A DNA stretch of 63,373 nucleotides, filler included, from Intoshia linei (Eukaryota > Animalia > Orthonectida), in NCBI GenBank assembly GCA_001642005.1. It is 7 parts of 7 records of this genome, joined end to end, with 100 filler letters (N's around TTAATTAATTAA, not from the genome) between each part and the next. Parts side by side here need not be neighbours in the genome. Positions count along the whole stretch, not along the records: positions 1 to 25,796 come from LWCA01000488.1; 6 more parts are not named here. The stretch is one strand, 5' to 3'. How positions within the stretch are numbered: position 1 is the first letter of the stretch; every line of letters starts with the position of its first letter. The notes beneath the pieces are model-generated. The model did no database searches. It was not told where the DNA came from and was given only the letters and a program-made list of their open reading frames with translations. The position numbers were made by a program, and so were the translations under genes. Shown here piece after piece: positions 1 to 12,100 of this stretch.

Positions 1-388
1 ACAAATGTATATTAAAAATGATACAAAATACATATTGATATACACCATAATAAACATCATTTCCAATCATGTAAAAGCTAAAACAAAGCTATTATGTTAA
101 TAATTAATAAACATTTTTGGTGGTTCAGGACTTAAATAAGATTGATCCAAGCAAATTAGAGTTGAGACCAAAAAATTGAAAAAGTTAAGTATACATTTTT
201 TTCTCTTCTTCAAATACATTTTATAATTGACAAATTTTCCGTGCTACCACAACGCGAATACATAGCTAAACTTTACATATCGCTAAGATTTTTAAAATCA
301 AAAAATTTTAATTCTCCCGTTAAGAATCACCATCTTCAAAAAAACAGTAAATTACAAAATCAAGAACCACCAATTTAAAGTTACATTT

Positions 389-830
389 AAATTGCGTTTA
401 GCATAAGAATTTGCTTTTATTTTGTGATCGTCTGATTTAAAAAAGTCTGATTTATTTGGAGTAATTGGTACAACTGTGTTGGCAATAACATCTCTTAATG
501 GAGTGGAATCTAAATTAAGTAATCGAATGAATTTAACTTAATAAAATACCATTAGCATTTAGAGATCGATCTGCACAAGTAAACGATCTATCCCGACAAG
601 CTTCTTGGAGTTGTAATTTAAAGCTTGTGTCATCATATGAGTTATCATTTATCCTGTCAATTTGACTTTGTAAAGCTATTATATAAATAAGATTAAACCA
701 ATATTGCAAACAAAAATCTATTGTAATGTACAAGAAAAATACCTCAGTGCTTAGTAAGCATTGTTTACCGTACACGTCTGTCCGTGTACTGTAAATAATA
801 TAAAAAAAATTTACATTTAGCAGATTTAAC
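389..830 (-). CDS. Probable exons of an unidentified gene running towards the window start
   Basis: Open segments (ALQSQIDRINDNSYDDTSFKLQLQEACRDRSFTCADRSLNAN / DSTPLRDVIANTVVPITPNKSDFF) joined in frame by a short GT..AG intron; no recognisable family; 5' structure not resolved. Confidence 0.35.
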
Positions 831-2332
831 ATAGCTCAAGACAACCAAAAATAGGCTAGCTAGTTTTCAATGTTTTGCTTGTCACACAAAATTTGATGGG
901 CCAGACCGTTTGGAAAACACTGACATTATAAATTATCATAAAACTCCATTTAAACTTTACATGTTAATATAAATAAATATTTCCTATTAAAATATTATAT
1001 AAAATCACGCATTTAAGTTGCCAAGCACAAAATTAAAAATGATTAAAAAATAATAATTATAATCAAAATGTACATTATAAATTATGATTATTATTACAAT
1101 TCACTGCAAAAAACAAAAATTAAGATTACAATTATTTTGATTAAGACAAGGATCATTGTACAAAGTGACGGAACTCTTTTTAGCTGGTACCATTTGTTTA
1201 GATTCAATTTTAACAATTGAAGAATTCATCGGTATGTCAAGATTACTCTCACTGTGATTATGATTTGTCAGCATTACTAAAAGGTAAATGTTAATAAAAC
1301 TAATTTAATTTTTTTAAATTCTTCATTTTATATAATTTTAAATAGGTCATTTTCGATTAAAAAAATACCAAATTCTTGTTTTCAAATTCCAGTGAATATT
1401 TATAAATTTTTAAATGAACTGCGCTATTATGAAAATAAACAAGTAAATTTCATGGTGATGCAAAATTCCATAAATGGTGTAATCGTTAGTAACGATTCGT
1501 TGCACGTGTGCTTTGGAATTTTATTCAAAATTTATGTCAAATACATTGCCATGTAATTCATTTTATATTTCAATTAATGTAAAATGGCGAGAAAAATACG
1601 TACTATCACTTTTAGTTTATTTAGAATAAATTTTAAGCCGAAAATTTTTGTTCGTCATCATAGATAAGTAGTTTTGGCTTTACATTAATTTAATGTATTC
1701 TTATAACAAGCCTTATTAGCAACAATTATATGGAAATGTGTTGGCATTTGATCAGTATGGTGCAATAAAACATTCCACACATTTTAACTGACATTTTCAT
1801 TTGTATTGTCATTAATAATTAATTAACCAACTCGTTGATTTTTGTGGTTTTGTGATAATAATTGTTTAATTCGTTTAATCTTACCTATGGGATTTATTAT
1901 TAATCATATTGTATATTGAAAAAATTGGATTAAAATTTAATTTAAATCAAAAATAAACCCTAACCATCTCTCCACATATTTGGACTTTACCGTTTATATT
2001 TGAGACACAATTATATAAGTATTTTGAAAAAATAAGATTTTTGCGGGTACGGTAGTTTCTATTTGATATTTAGTGGTCATCCGTTCGAGGTGGTCACTTT
2101 TCAAGCGTCTATTGTAAAATGATGTGAAAAATAGAAAAATGACGGCAATTTGACAGAATAGGCAAAATAAAGTTGTTAATATTGTGTTTGGCTTAAAATG
2201 TAAAATAATCTATGGTAACAATTATACAATTGATCGGAAATGTTAATTGTTTCAATTCCTTGTGAGACTGATGAACACATACAAAATAATCGAAACAAAC
2301 AAATTCTATTCAAAACGTAAATAAACACCAAC

Positions 2333-5300
2333 ATGAATATGAATAAATGTGAATCTATTCGAATTGAAAAAATAAATTATGACATCAAAAAATTACTCAG
2401 AAATATTGCATCAAGTAATATTGACAAGTTTTTCAAATCTGAAATAATTGTGAGAAATATTTTTAGGTATTTTTTAATATTATAATTACGTGTATCAGTG
2501 TTTTCTCGGTGTTATTTAATGCCATAGTTCAAATGTTTACATTTTCATTTAATTTTTTCAAGATTTTTCAAAGCAAAAGTAACTCAACAAGTTACCTCTT
2601 TGAAAATATTAAAATTTTAAAATTAGTTGGACAACACTGATAATATATTTATATTTTAAATACATCATTAATCAATGTTAATTATTTTATTCTAAATTTT
2701 TAGTTCGTTGAGTCCAGATTCACAAAACTTTATTTTACGTCTCATATTTTGCAATACAACCATAACAAATAGTATTATTCGAGAATGGAAAAAGTAATTA
2801 CTAATTAATAATTACGTATAAATATAAACAAACAGCAGCTAAACAGCTTCGCTGGGCCGACTTTTAAATTTTATATTTTAGTTTGAATTTGAAATTGATA
2901 AAAAACGAAATAAAACCATTGTTTATATTGAATGTTAAAGATATTTCTTCATCAAATCGAGTTTATGAAATAAATCCAATTTTTTCCAAAACCCTCCAGA
3001 CACATTTGCTAAATAGGTATGTTTTATTTACGAGATGTTGATGATTTTAAAAACTGTCCCAGAATTAATGTTTTGTAAAATTGTACACTCACTTTATTTT
3101 TATAAAAAAGGTAATTTGTGTTTTTAATCATGAAGGACTCAATTTCTGAAAATGAATTGAAGCTATTAATAGATATTAATAGATAAAATATTAATTTCAA
3201 AAAACTATTAAAACTAGGCATTTTTAAACCTCTACATTAGGGTGATTCATTTTGGTAATCTACAAAAACGGCACAACTTAAATAATTATAATTAAATAGC
3301 AATGAAATACCGAAACTACACTGATATAACGCAATTTCACTTAACATTAATTTGACTTATATTAGATTTTATAGAATTCATCCACTACAGACATAAGTTA
3401 AAACTGAAATATGAAGATTAATTTTTTACCTACAAACCATATTACAAAAAAATTAATAATATTCTATGGTGTTCACACCAGAGAATATTTTTTTATCCTA
3501 TTCAATTATAAATTCTAATTAAAAATACACAATATATGATGTTTTGTAGTGAAAAATAGAGTTACGCTGATAAAAAGTGTTAATTATTGGTTATTATAAT
3601 TATTAGTCTCTATTTTGATAGAAAAACAATAAGTGAATTTCTACGCGGAATTGCTTATAATATAATATTTTGTTTGTAATTAGTAATAAATAATAACATA
3701 ATTTGCAGATATTTTATAATACACTAATTTAGTAAATTTTAAGTTCTACTTGTGATCATATTAATACAATTGTATTTTCATTGCTATGTAATTCTAATTA
3801 TTTAAGTTGTCCCGTTTTTGTCTGTGCCATTTTTGTAGTGTGCCGTTTTTACCTACAATCTTCATTTTAGTGTTTTTGTTAAATTTCAAAAACTATTTTT
3901 GCATACCATCTCCATTTTGTACAAATAGGAGCATGCCACACAAAAAATTTGTCCTGCCCCGGTCAGGGTACAATGTATTTTCTTTTATAATCTGATTTTC
4001 GAATATTTTTTTCTATGATCTTCGACAACATATCAAATTTTGCTTAAAATCTTTATTTATTGTATCAAAATTTAGTATTTTTTAATCTACGTATATTAGG
4101 GCTGTTCGTTTTTTACTAAAAAATTGTTTGAAAATACCTTATATTATACTAAAGACGGTACTTAAAAAACCCTAGAAAATATATTTTTAGAAAAAAATTA
4201 CCGTGATAACATTTAGCCTATTTCCATTTTAAGGTTTTTGCAAGCAAATTTCTATATTTATTAATTAACATAGAAATTATTTTTTTAATTAGATATGGTT
4301 AATATAGGACTCACTAATACATATACCAAATTTTAATTTTAAATGTGGAGTGAAAATTTTAATATTTAACCTCACATGGTGTTTTTTCCATTAAAAGGGT
4401 TTTTTGTAATATTGGTTAAATTTAAAAATTCTAAAATTAAGGGGGAATGATTGCAAAATGTTGAAAATTAAAAAAAAATGTTACAACTCATTTCTAAGTT
4501 AAATGGGAATTATACTCAAAAATAGTTTTTATTACGTGATATAGTGAACCAGTCTACTCTACACCTCTTACTTTCTTAAATAAAATGGAAAAAACATATA
4601 TACATTTTTAACTACATGTACATTATTGTATAAAGTAAGGATGTAATTATAGTTAATATTTAGAAGTATTGCAAATGTTTTTTGTCAACATGAAACTGAA
4701 ACAAAAAAACTATATCGAGATTTAAAATATTTAAAAAATTACTCAATTGAAAGATGGAGTGTAAACTATAAAGATTATATTTTTAAATTTTCCATTTTTA
4801 GAGTTTACTTTTATATTTGGTAAATCCCAGTAGATCGCAATTGTTGTCATCTACTTTAAAAGATATTATTCTAAAATTAAATTTAATCCATTATGATGAA
4901 AATAAATCTACAAATATGACTAAAAATGGTTTTTATTTTTTACTTTTGGATCAATGGAAACAGCTGTGGTACTTTTTTTACCATTATTTCATTATATTGA
5001 AGGTATTTTGATTTATTTTACATTGATTCTATATTATCTATTTTTTAGAATGCTAATCAAGACATTTATGAAATACTTGAAATTTTGTATTGTATATCAG
5101 ATCTTGATACGTCTATGGTATTTTTATTTTTTTAATTGATAAATATTTATTTAGCTCTACACTTTACATCTCAGTTCAGAAACACAATTGGAATTTATTC
5201 AAATTTTGAGAGAAATTGGAATAATTTACATCAAATCCGTATGTTTTTTTTTTAGCGTTAATATTCTTTCATTTTTTTTAATTTAAATAACCAATTCAAA

Positions 5301-6864
5301 CTTGACACAGAATGTCAATTAAGTACATGTAGTTGTAAAAATATTTTCCCATTAATTTAGAAAACACTATTAGTAAGGATTTATAAATATTTTTAAATGT
5401 ATTGATTGTTTTATAAACATTTTATGTATATATTTTTTTAGAGAAAACAAGGCTGTTTTCAAATTACACCTCTGGCTAAATTGTGTCGATCAAAATATAC
5501 CGATAATGAAATTGATGAAAAATGTAATGTTGATAATTCTCACGGTTTCATTGTAGTTCAATCTAATTTCAGATTGGTTGCTTATACAGGTTGGATATTT
5601 TAATTTTTATCAATTTAGTTTAGATTTTGAATTACATTATGAAATTTTGAATATATTTTGCAAAATTGAATACAAGTAATTTTGTTTTTATTTATACAAA
5701 TTTTTAATTGAGATAGTTATATTACCAAAATTTTAGGATAATTTGAAGATTTTTTGTTTTTTATTAGAAACAATATATCCCTGAATTTACTAAAACATAT
5801 TGAGAAAAGTGGATATGTCAATTTACATCAGGGATTCTCAACCTGGGCGATTTATTTTCTAAGTAAACATATTTTTTAATTGATTTTATAATTTTAATTG
5901 TAAAGAATTATATATGTTTTAGGAAGGAAAATAATCTTGCAAAATTAATTTTCTTTAATCTGGTCTAAATTTTGGGGCTATGGTTCAAAAAAGGTTGACA
6001 GGCCCATATCTACATAATCGCGTCCTCCAGATTCGTATTTTTTTACAATGTTTAATAATGATTGTATTTATTGTTATTTTTAGATATCCTTCTGTTATAG
6101 TTGGAACAATTACCTATAATAGTATTCTCAATGCTTTTAGCAAAGGACTTTGTGCCAAACAAGTAAATTTTTATCTACGAATATTTTAACAAAATTATAA
6201 TGACTGATATTGTTATAATTAGATTGTTGAATATCTCAATGAAAATTTGGATTTTAGAAAAGGAGCCAAGGTATAAATATACTTTATATTTATTTAATTG
6301 AAAAATCATTTTCATGATGGAAACATGAATTTTTTATTTCTTGTGGACCACTTTAGGAACCACTGAGTTAAACTGTATATGAGTATAAATTAATAATTAT
6401 AGAATTCAATAATGCCACCTACTGTAACTGATCAAATTTACTTGTGGGAAAAATGTAGAAACCGTTTTAAATTTAAAAATTCTGTCATGTACGAGAATTT
6501 TACATCAACTAAAGAATACACCACATTTTTGAATTTTGCAAAGGTAATTTTCAATTTATTTTATTTTACTTGTGTAATGATTAATACTACTGACTTTTAA
6601 GTATAAATCCAATCTTAACAATGCCGTATTAGTAATGAAATAATTAATTAATATATTAATTAATCAAATAGTCTATATTTAACAGGGTTTATGTCATCTT
6701 TAAAAATATCACCATATTTTATCAGCTAATGGTTTAAATTTTTATTAAAAAAATCTATTTAGGAATCAAATTCACTACTCTTTGTAAATGCTACTAAAAT
6801 GACTATTGTCGTTTCAGCAGAAGGTCATGAAAAAATTTCTACCAAATTTAAAAGGAATAAATAA
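2333..6864 (+). CDS. GTF2H4: TFIIH subunit p52/Tfb2, 13 coding exons: 2333-2466, 2704-2793, 2882-3016, 4664-4760, 4802-5002, 5049-5117, 5155-5238, 5442-5589, 5624-5675, 6084-6162, 6223-6270, 6403-6543, 6763-6864
   Basis: Spliced translation is open and shows Tfb2 motifs in order: INPIFSKTL, YSIERW, GFYFLLLDQWKQLWYF, LREIGII, GFIVVQSNFRLVAYT, MPPTVTDQIYLWE..RNRF, IVVSAEGH; all introns GT-AG. Confidence 0.95.
4097..4430 (+). mobile_element. hATm-type MITE fragment (left end TTAGGGCTGTTC) in GTF2H4 intron 3
   Basis: Internal sequence shared with 7015-7286, which ends in the complementary GAACAGCCCTAA. Confidence 0.6.
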
Positions 6865-7014
6865 TATTGTAAATTTATTTGTGTAATATTAAATAAATCG
6901 TCTGTTTCATGCGAAGGTCTCTAAACTTGTTTAAACTCTAAAATTATAATTTAAAATGTATGGAACGATTTTTTCCAATGCGTGTCAATTATCTATTTTA
7001 ATTGATATATTAAA

Positions 7015-7286
7015 AAATATATTTTTAGAAAAATTTACCGTAAAACATTTCTATTAGATTAGATTTATTATTATTATTATTATCATTATTAGATTTTATT
7101 CTAAACATGGATACGATTAATGTACAACCCATTAAGACATATACCAAATTTGGAGTGAAAAAATGAAATATTTAACCTCACAGGGCGTTTTTTCCATAAA
7201 AAGGGGTTTTTGTAATATTGGTCAAATTTATATTTACCAAAAATTTATTTTAACTGAAAATTTGTTTTTTTTTTGAACAGCCCTAA
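7015..7286 (+). mobile_element. Second copy (right end) of the same hATm-type MITE
   Basis: Shared blocks ATATTTAACCTCAC and TTTTGTAATATTGGT; terminal GAACAGCCCTAA. Confidence 0.6.
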
Positions 7287-7367
7287 GAGCAATGCTCAAT
7301 AATATACAATTATAAATGTATAATTATAAAAAATGTTTCATACATTTACATTAAATATATATACACG

Positions 7368-7434
7368 CAGGGTCGTGGAGAGAGGGGCTAGGGTCCATCT
7401 GTCCCGAGCCTACTGCTGGCTGTCCACGGCCCTG
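7368..7434. mobile_element. 67-bp minimal hAT element (two ends only)
   Basis: CAGGGTCGTGGA...TCCACGGCCCTG; matches the two fused ends of the 13589-14737 element in reverse orientation. Confidence 0.8.
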
Positions 7435-7436
7435 TA

Positions 7437-8240
7437 TCCTTACATATATAATATGCTTTGTTTGTCTGTGTGTAAATGTGTGTGTTAGCGTTTATTTCAA
7501 TAACTACCAGTCTTAGAATTTTATAAAGTCCACATTTCTATTACAGTTTATTCCGCGGTGTTAGTAAAATAAATTTCAATCTTCCAAACTCACATCTTAC
7601 GGATCAAAAAAACTAATTATCTTTTTTTTGTAAATCAAACGAGATCGAGAATTTAAAAAAGTATACACTCTGATACGAATTTTAAAATCATAAATATTAT
7701 CATAAATTTAAATTTAAAAAAAATATATCTTCAGGGCCAAAAACATAAATTACCTTTTTTTAAATGAAAACAGCCCTAGAATTTAAAACATATTAAAAGT
7801 GGTACAGTTGTATCCTGTTAACACACACAAAAAATTTCAATCTGAATAAGTGAGTACAGTTGTATCCTGTTAACACACATAAAAAATTTCAATCCGAATA
7901 AGTGACGACTTCACGATCAAAAAAGCATTTTAGTATTCATATATTTTTTTTCGAAATATTTTATTAACAAAAACAAAAAATGTAAAATAATTACTGTGTG
8001 AAAATTAAAAAAAAGATAATAATTCTAATAGAGCTTATTCCAGTTGATATAAATACAAAATTTGAACCCCATAAATCTACGGTTTCTTTTCTATGGTCTA
8101 TTCCAGGTGAAAAATAATTTTAAATATATTATCTACAAATATTTCCATGAAAATGTAAATATGGATCCTACAACTTTAAAAAAAAATGTGCATTGAACGT
8201 CTACACATTTCTAATAAAGAAATATGGGTTAACATCTATA
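7437..8240 (+). mobile_element. Non-autonomous Helitron, long copy, with a 52-bp internal tandem duplication (~7803-7906)
   Basis: 5' A|TCCTTACATATATAATATG, GT-rich microsatellite, GTTTATTTCAATAACTACCAGTC; similar to ~13735-14320(-), 25897-26560, 41356-41556(-), 58256-58620 and 58723-58990. Confidence 0.75.
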
Positions 8241-9199
8241 TAATTCATTTATTCGGAATTAATAACAAATTTCTATTTCCATCGAAAATCAGAAATATTA
8301 ATTTTATGTTTTGAATTTTCTACGTTTTGTGAACGAAAACTGAAAATTCATTAAATTTTTTACAATTTTCTAAGTACTTTTACTAAAATTTTAAAAAAAG
8401 TACTGAGTTTTTTATTTTGTAAAAATAAATACTTAGTACTTACTGAGTTTCTAAAAAAACTAAGTTGAACACACTACTATATAGTATATACCCAAAATCT
8501 AAATTTAAATATTTAAATCATGTTTTGCAATTACAATTGTGTCCACTTAACTATTTACATAGTTAAATAAATTAGATTACAGTTTTGTATTTTCTAATCT
8601 ATAAAATATATAGCCAAAGTAAATTATGTAGAAATTATATAATCAAAACCAGGGGTTTCCAAACTCATTTTGTCTACAGCCCCCTTTTTAGCAATATACT
8701 TTGCTCAACACCCCCTAAAAATTTTTCTAAAAAAATCTAAAAAAAAATATGAATTAAATATTAAAAGTATTAAATAAATATGTTTTCTGAGTAATTTAAT
8801 TATTATATAGTAGGGTAGTGAGGGAATTTTACTTGTGTGGTCGGGTCGTAATAATTTGATAGTTACTATTTTCGACTAAATTACAATGTAAACTCAATAA
8901 ATCTATAATTATATCAACATTCATATTACCTTACTAAATTTACTATAGATTACTGCATTTACTAAAAATAATACATAAGTACAATAGTATAAGTATCTAA
9001 TTAAAAGTATAAAATCCATAACATATAATTGTAATTAATTTCGTTGACTTTGTTTTTCTAGTAATAACCAGAAAATATCAAAATTTGTATACAAACGTCG
9101 TTCTAACGTAAAAATAAAACAAATCATAAATATTTTAATCTATTGTTTTACTATTCAATGTTAGAAACGTTGTTACCTGAATAATGTAATATTAACAAA

Positions 9200-12100
9200 A
9201 TGAAATCTGAACAAAAAAAGGAATCTGGTTTTTCATAAACTTACTCTCTATATAATAATAATAAATGTAATTATAATTACGTGTTTTAGAATCAGTTGAT
9301 TCTATATCTAATGTAGAAAATATCAGCTCAAAATGTTCTAGCAACAACTCTAAAGTAATTTACATTTTGAAATAGATTTAACACGAATTTTAAATATCAC
9401 ATGTATTTATTACTTAGTTTACTACATATTTATCACAATTAAGTTAAATAATAATTGGTCATTGTACCGGGAATTTTTGCCTAAATTATTTTATCCAAAG
9501 TGTAATTTTAACCATTCTTCAGAGATTTGGGTTACCTTTTCTGGTAATTTAACTTTATACGGTATTATGTATTTATCACTAATTAAAAATTTTTTTGAAG
9601 TTTCTTAAACTTCAGGGGAAGACAAGTTCAAAAGAACGGTACATATTTCATCCAAACCAATATCACTTAAAATTTAATATTGAATACACATGTACTAAAG
9701 ATACATTTTACCAATAGATATCGAGTCAATCTGGAAAAACTAGAGACATGGAAAAATGCCTAGATAAAATTGAACAAACGTCTAGTCTCGTCTTAAACAT
9801 TGACGATTTTTTAAAAGATGTAGTTATTGATAAACAAAAAAATACAGATTCTGAATCAATTTTGAACATTCCAGACGTTGATCAGGAAATTATACAAATA
9901 CCCAATGATTACATAATATCATTTGAAAAAAGTGCATTTGAACAGAAAATTATGGTTGGAAAAATTCGTTCAAGAGATTTAGAGGTTTTTTTAAATTGTA
10001 TATTAATTAATGCACAAATGTAACCAGTGATTTATTTTTACATTATTTTGAATATTAATACGTTTAGGCTAAAAGGAGAAAAATTGAAAAAACTAAAACT
10101 CAATATTTTGACCAAGAAGCTGAAATTACTAGGAAAAATAAATTACAATTGTATATGGATGAAAAATTAGCCAAGGATCGATTTAAAAAATTTTATAAAA
10201 TGAAAATGAAGTCTTTAAATTCATATGAGGTGATACATAAAATCTACATTTTATATGATAAAATTTTAATTTTTTTGTGTTTGTGACAAAATTTTATAAA
10301 TATACCTTAATCTACAAGCATTTCCCACATTTCGATCAATTTTTTCAATTTGCAATTCAATGATATATTTTAATATGAATAAAATCTATCCGGTTATAAA
10401 ATTGCAATTATTGCGCCAAAATGTATCCAGGTTATCACTGAGTAAATTTTTATTATTTATTGTCTGTTATCTAATTATTTGGCGCAATTATGCCAGGTAA
10501 TATTATTTGACGATTGTTATAAATACAGGTATATTAAATTGTAATTTTATTTTCATTTTAGTATAATCATTTCTATATTTTCAGAAACATATAATCAAAA
10601 CTGAAAAAGAATCGGTTGATAATATTCGCAATGAATTTATAAGGTCTGAGCACCAATTAATCCAATGTTTAGGTAATTTATACATTCAATGATACATATT
10701 ATTATATACGGTATAATATGCGGTATATCATTTCGATTTTTAAATTTACTTTTGTTGTTGCATAAAATTTTTCTAATAAACAAATTAAAAATAAGCCTTA
10801 CAATGAAAATTACACGAGGGCACTAATTTTACTTATCCTAATTTATTAAAGGGTGATATGATATTAATAGAAAAGTGGAAATGTATATCGGGAAAGTGCC
10901 ACAAAGCAAAAAAACAAAAGTACAAAAAAATTAGAATGAGAGACAAAACATTTATATCATAAATTTTTTTATCCGTTGCAAAATAATTGTTAAAAATTTT
11001 TTTAATGTTGTCTAGTAATTTCGCTTTAATGGTCCGCGATAAATTTTATGATTTACTACCTGTATGCCGTGAAAAAAGAGATAACCCCTGGCTTATTATA
11101 TTCAATGATTAAATTTTAATCTAATTGCATTTAATTTAGAAAATCGAAAAGGCTTTGTAAAGGTAATAATTTATATTATTAATTAAAATATTAATAAAAT
11201 TAATTAATTAATTTTGCATGCTGATGATGACTTTATATGATTGTTGCTATATAATATAAAAACTTTAATATTATCTATATTTTTATGTGCATTGATCCCT
11301 ATTAGGCTTTTTACTGAGCAAAAGTTTTGAAAATATCATAAAATGAATACATACAGAAAATTAGGTTTTAGCTGTAACTTAGACCGCTGCAGCGGTTCCT
11401 TGGAAAATTTAGATTTTTGTTAAATTATAAATTTTTTTATTCATTGTCAAGTACAGTACACTAATCCAGCGATTCCAAAAAGGGGTAGTGGAACCCTAAG
11501 GGTCCCGTAAAGTATTTTGGGGTAACAGCTCATCTGATATTATAAGACTTATAGTATAAGTATAAATTATAGATATTTTTTAAATTCCCAAAAATAATTG
11601 AAAATAAAAATTAATTTTTAATAATATACTAGCTCATTATGTATTTACGTATACATGTATTGTATAAATAATGGTGTTGATTTACGGGTGGGCATGTCTA
11701 TTTCAAACAAAAAAAAATAAGGCGTATAAAGTATAAAAAAAATGAGAAACTCTGATATATAGTAATAATAATTTTAATCATTTATAAAAAATAGACTTAT
11801 TATGGAGACTTGCAAATTCCGGCAACATTAACATCTGCCAAATTGTTTATATCAAATTTTTTGCGTCGATATCGCGTCGACTGGAAGAATAGTCCACAGC
11901 CAGTAGAAATTAAATTAGTTTCTTTACGTGGTTTGAGGGATAAATCACCAGGTTTCAAATTTATTAAAATTATAATAATAATAGTATTTATAATAAGATT
12001 AAAATTGAATGTATTTCATTTAGCTGGAGAATACATATTAACCTGCAGTATATATGACAGATTAGGTGGAGAAAAATTAAGATGGTCAAATTTAAAAGGT

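Noticed and set aside
1078-1420. Minus-strand exons (MLTNHNHSESNLDIPMNSS...)
   Set aside because: Plausible gene end, but splice phases with upstream pieces did not reconcile and no homology was recognised
4097-7286. TIR pair enclosing most of GTF2H4, as a gene-carrying transposon
   Set aside because: Flanks share no 8-bp TSD, and both ends are separate truncated copies of one MITE in the same orientation
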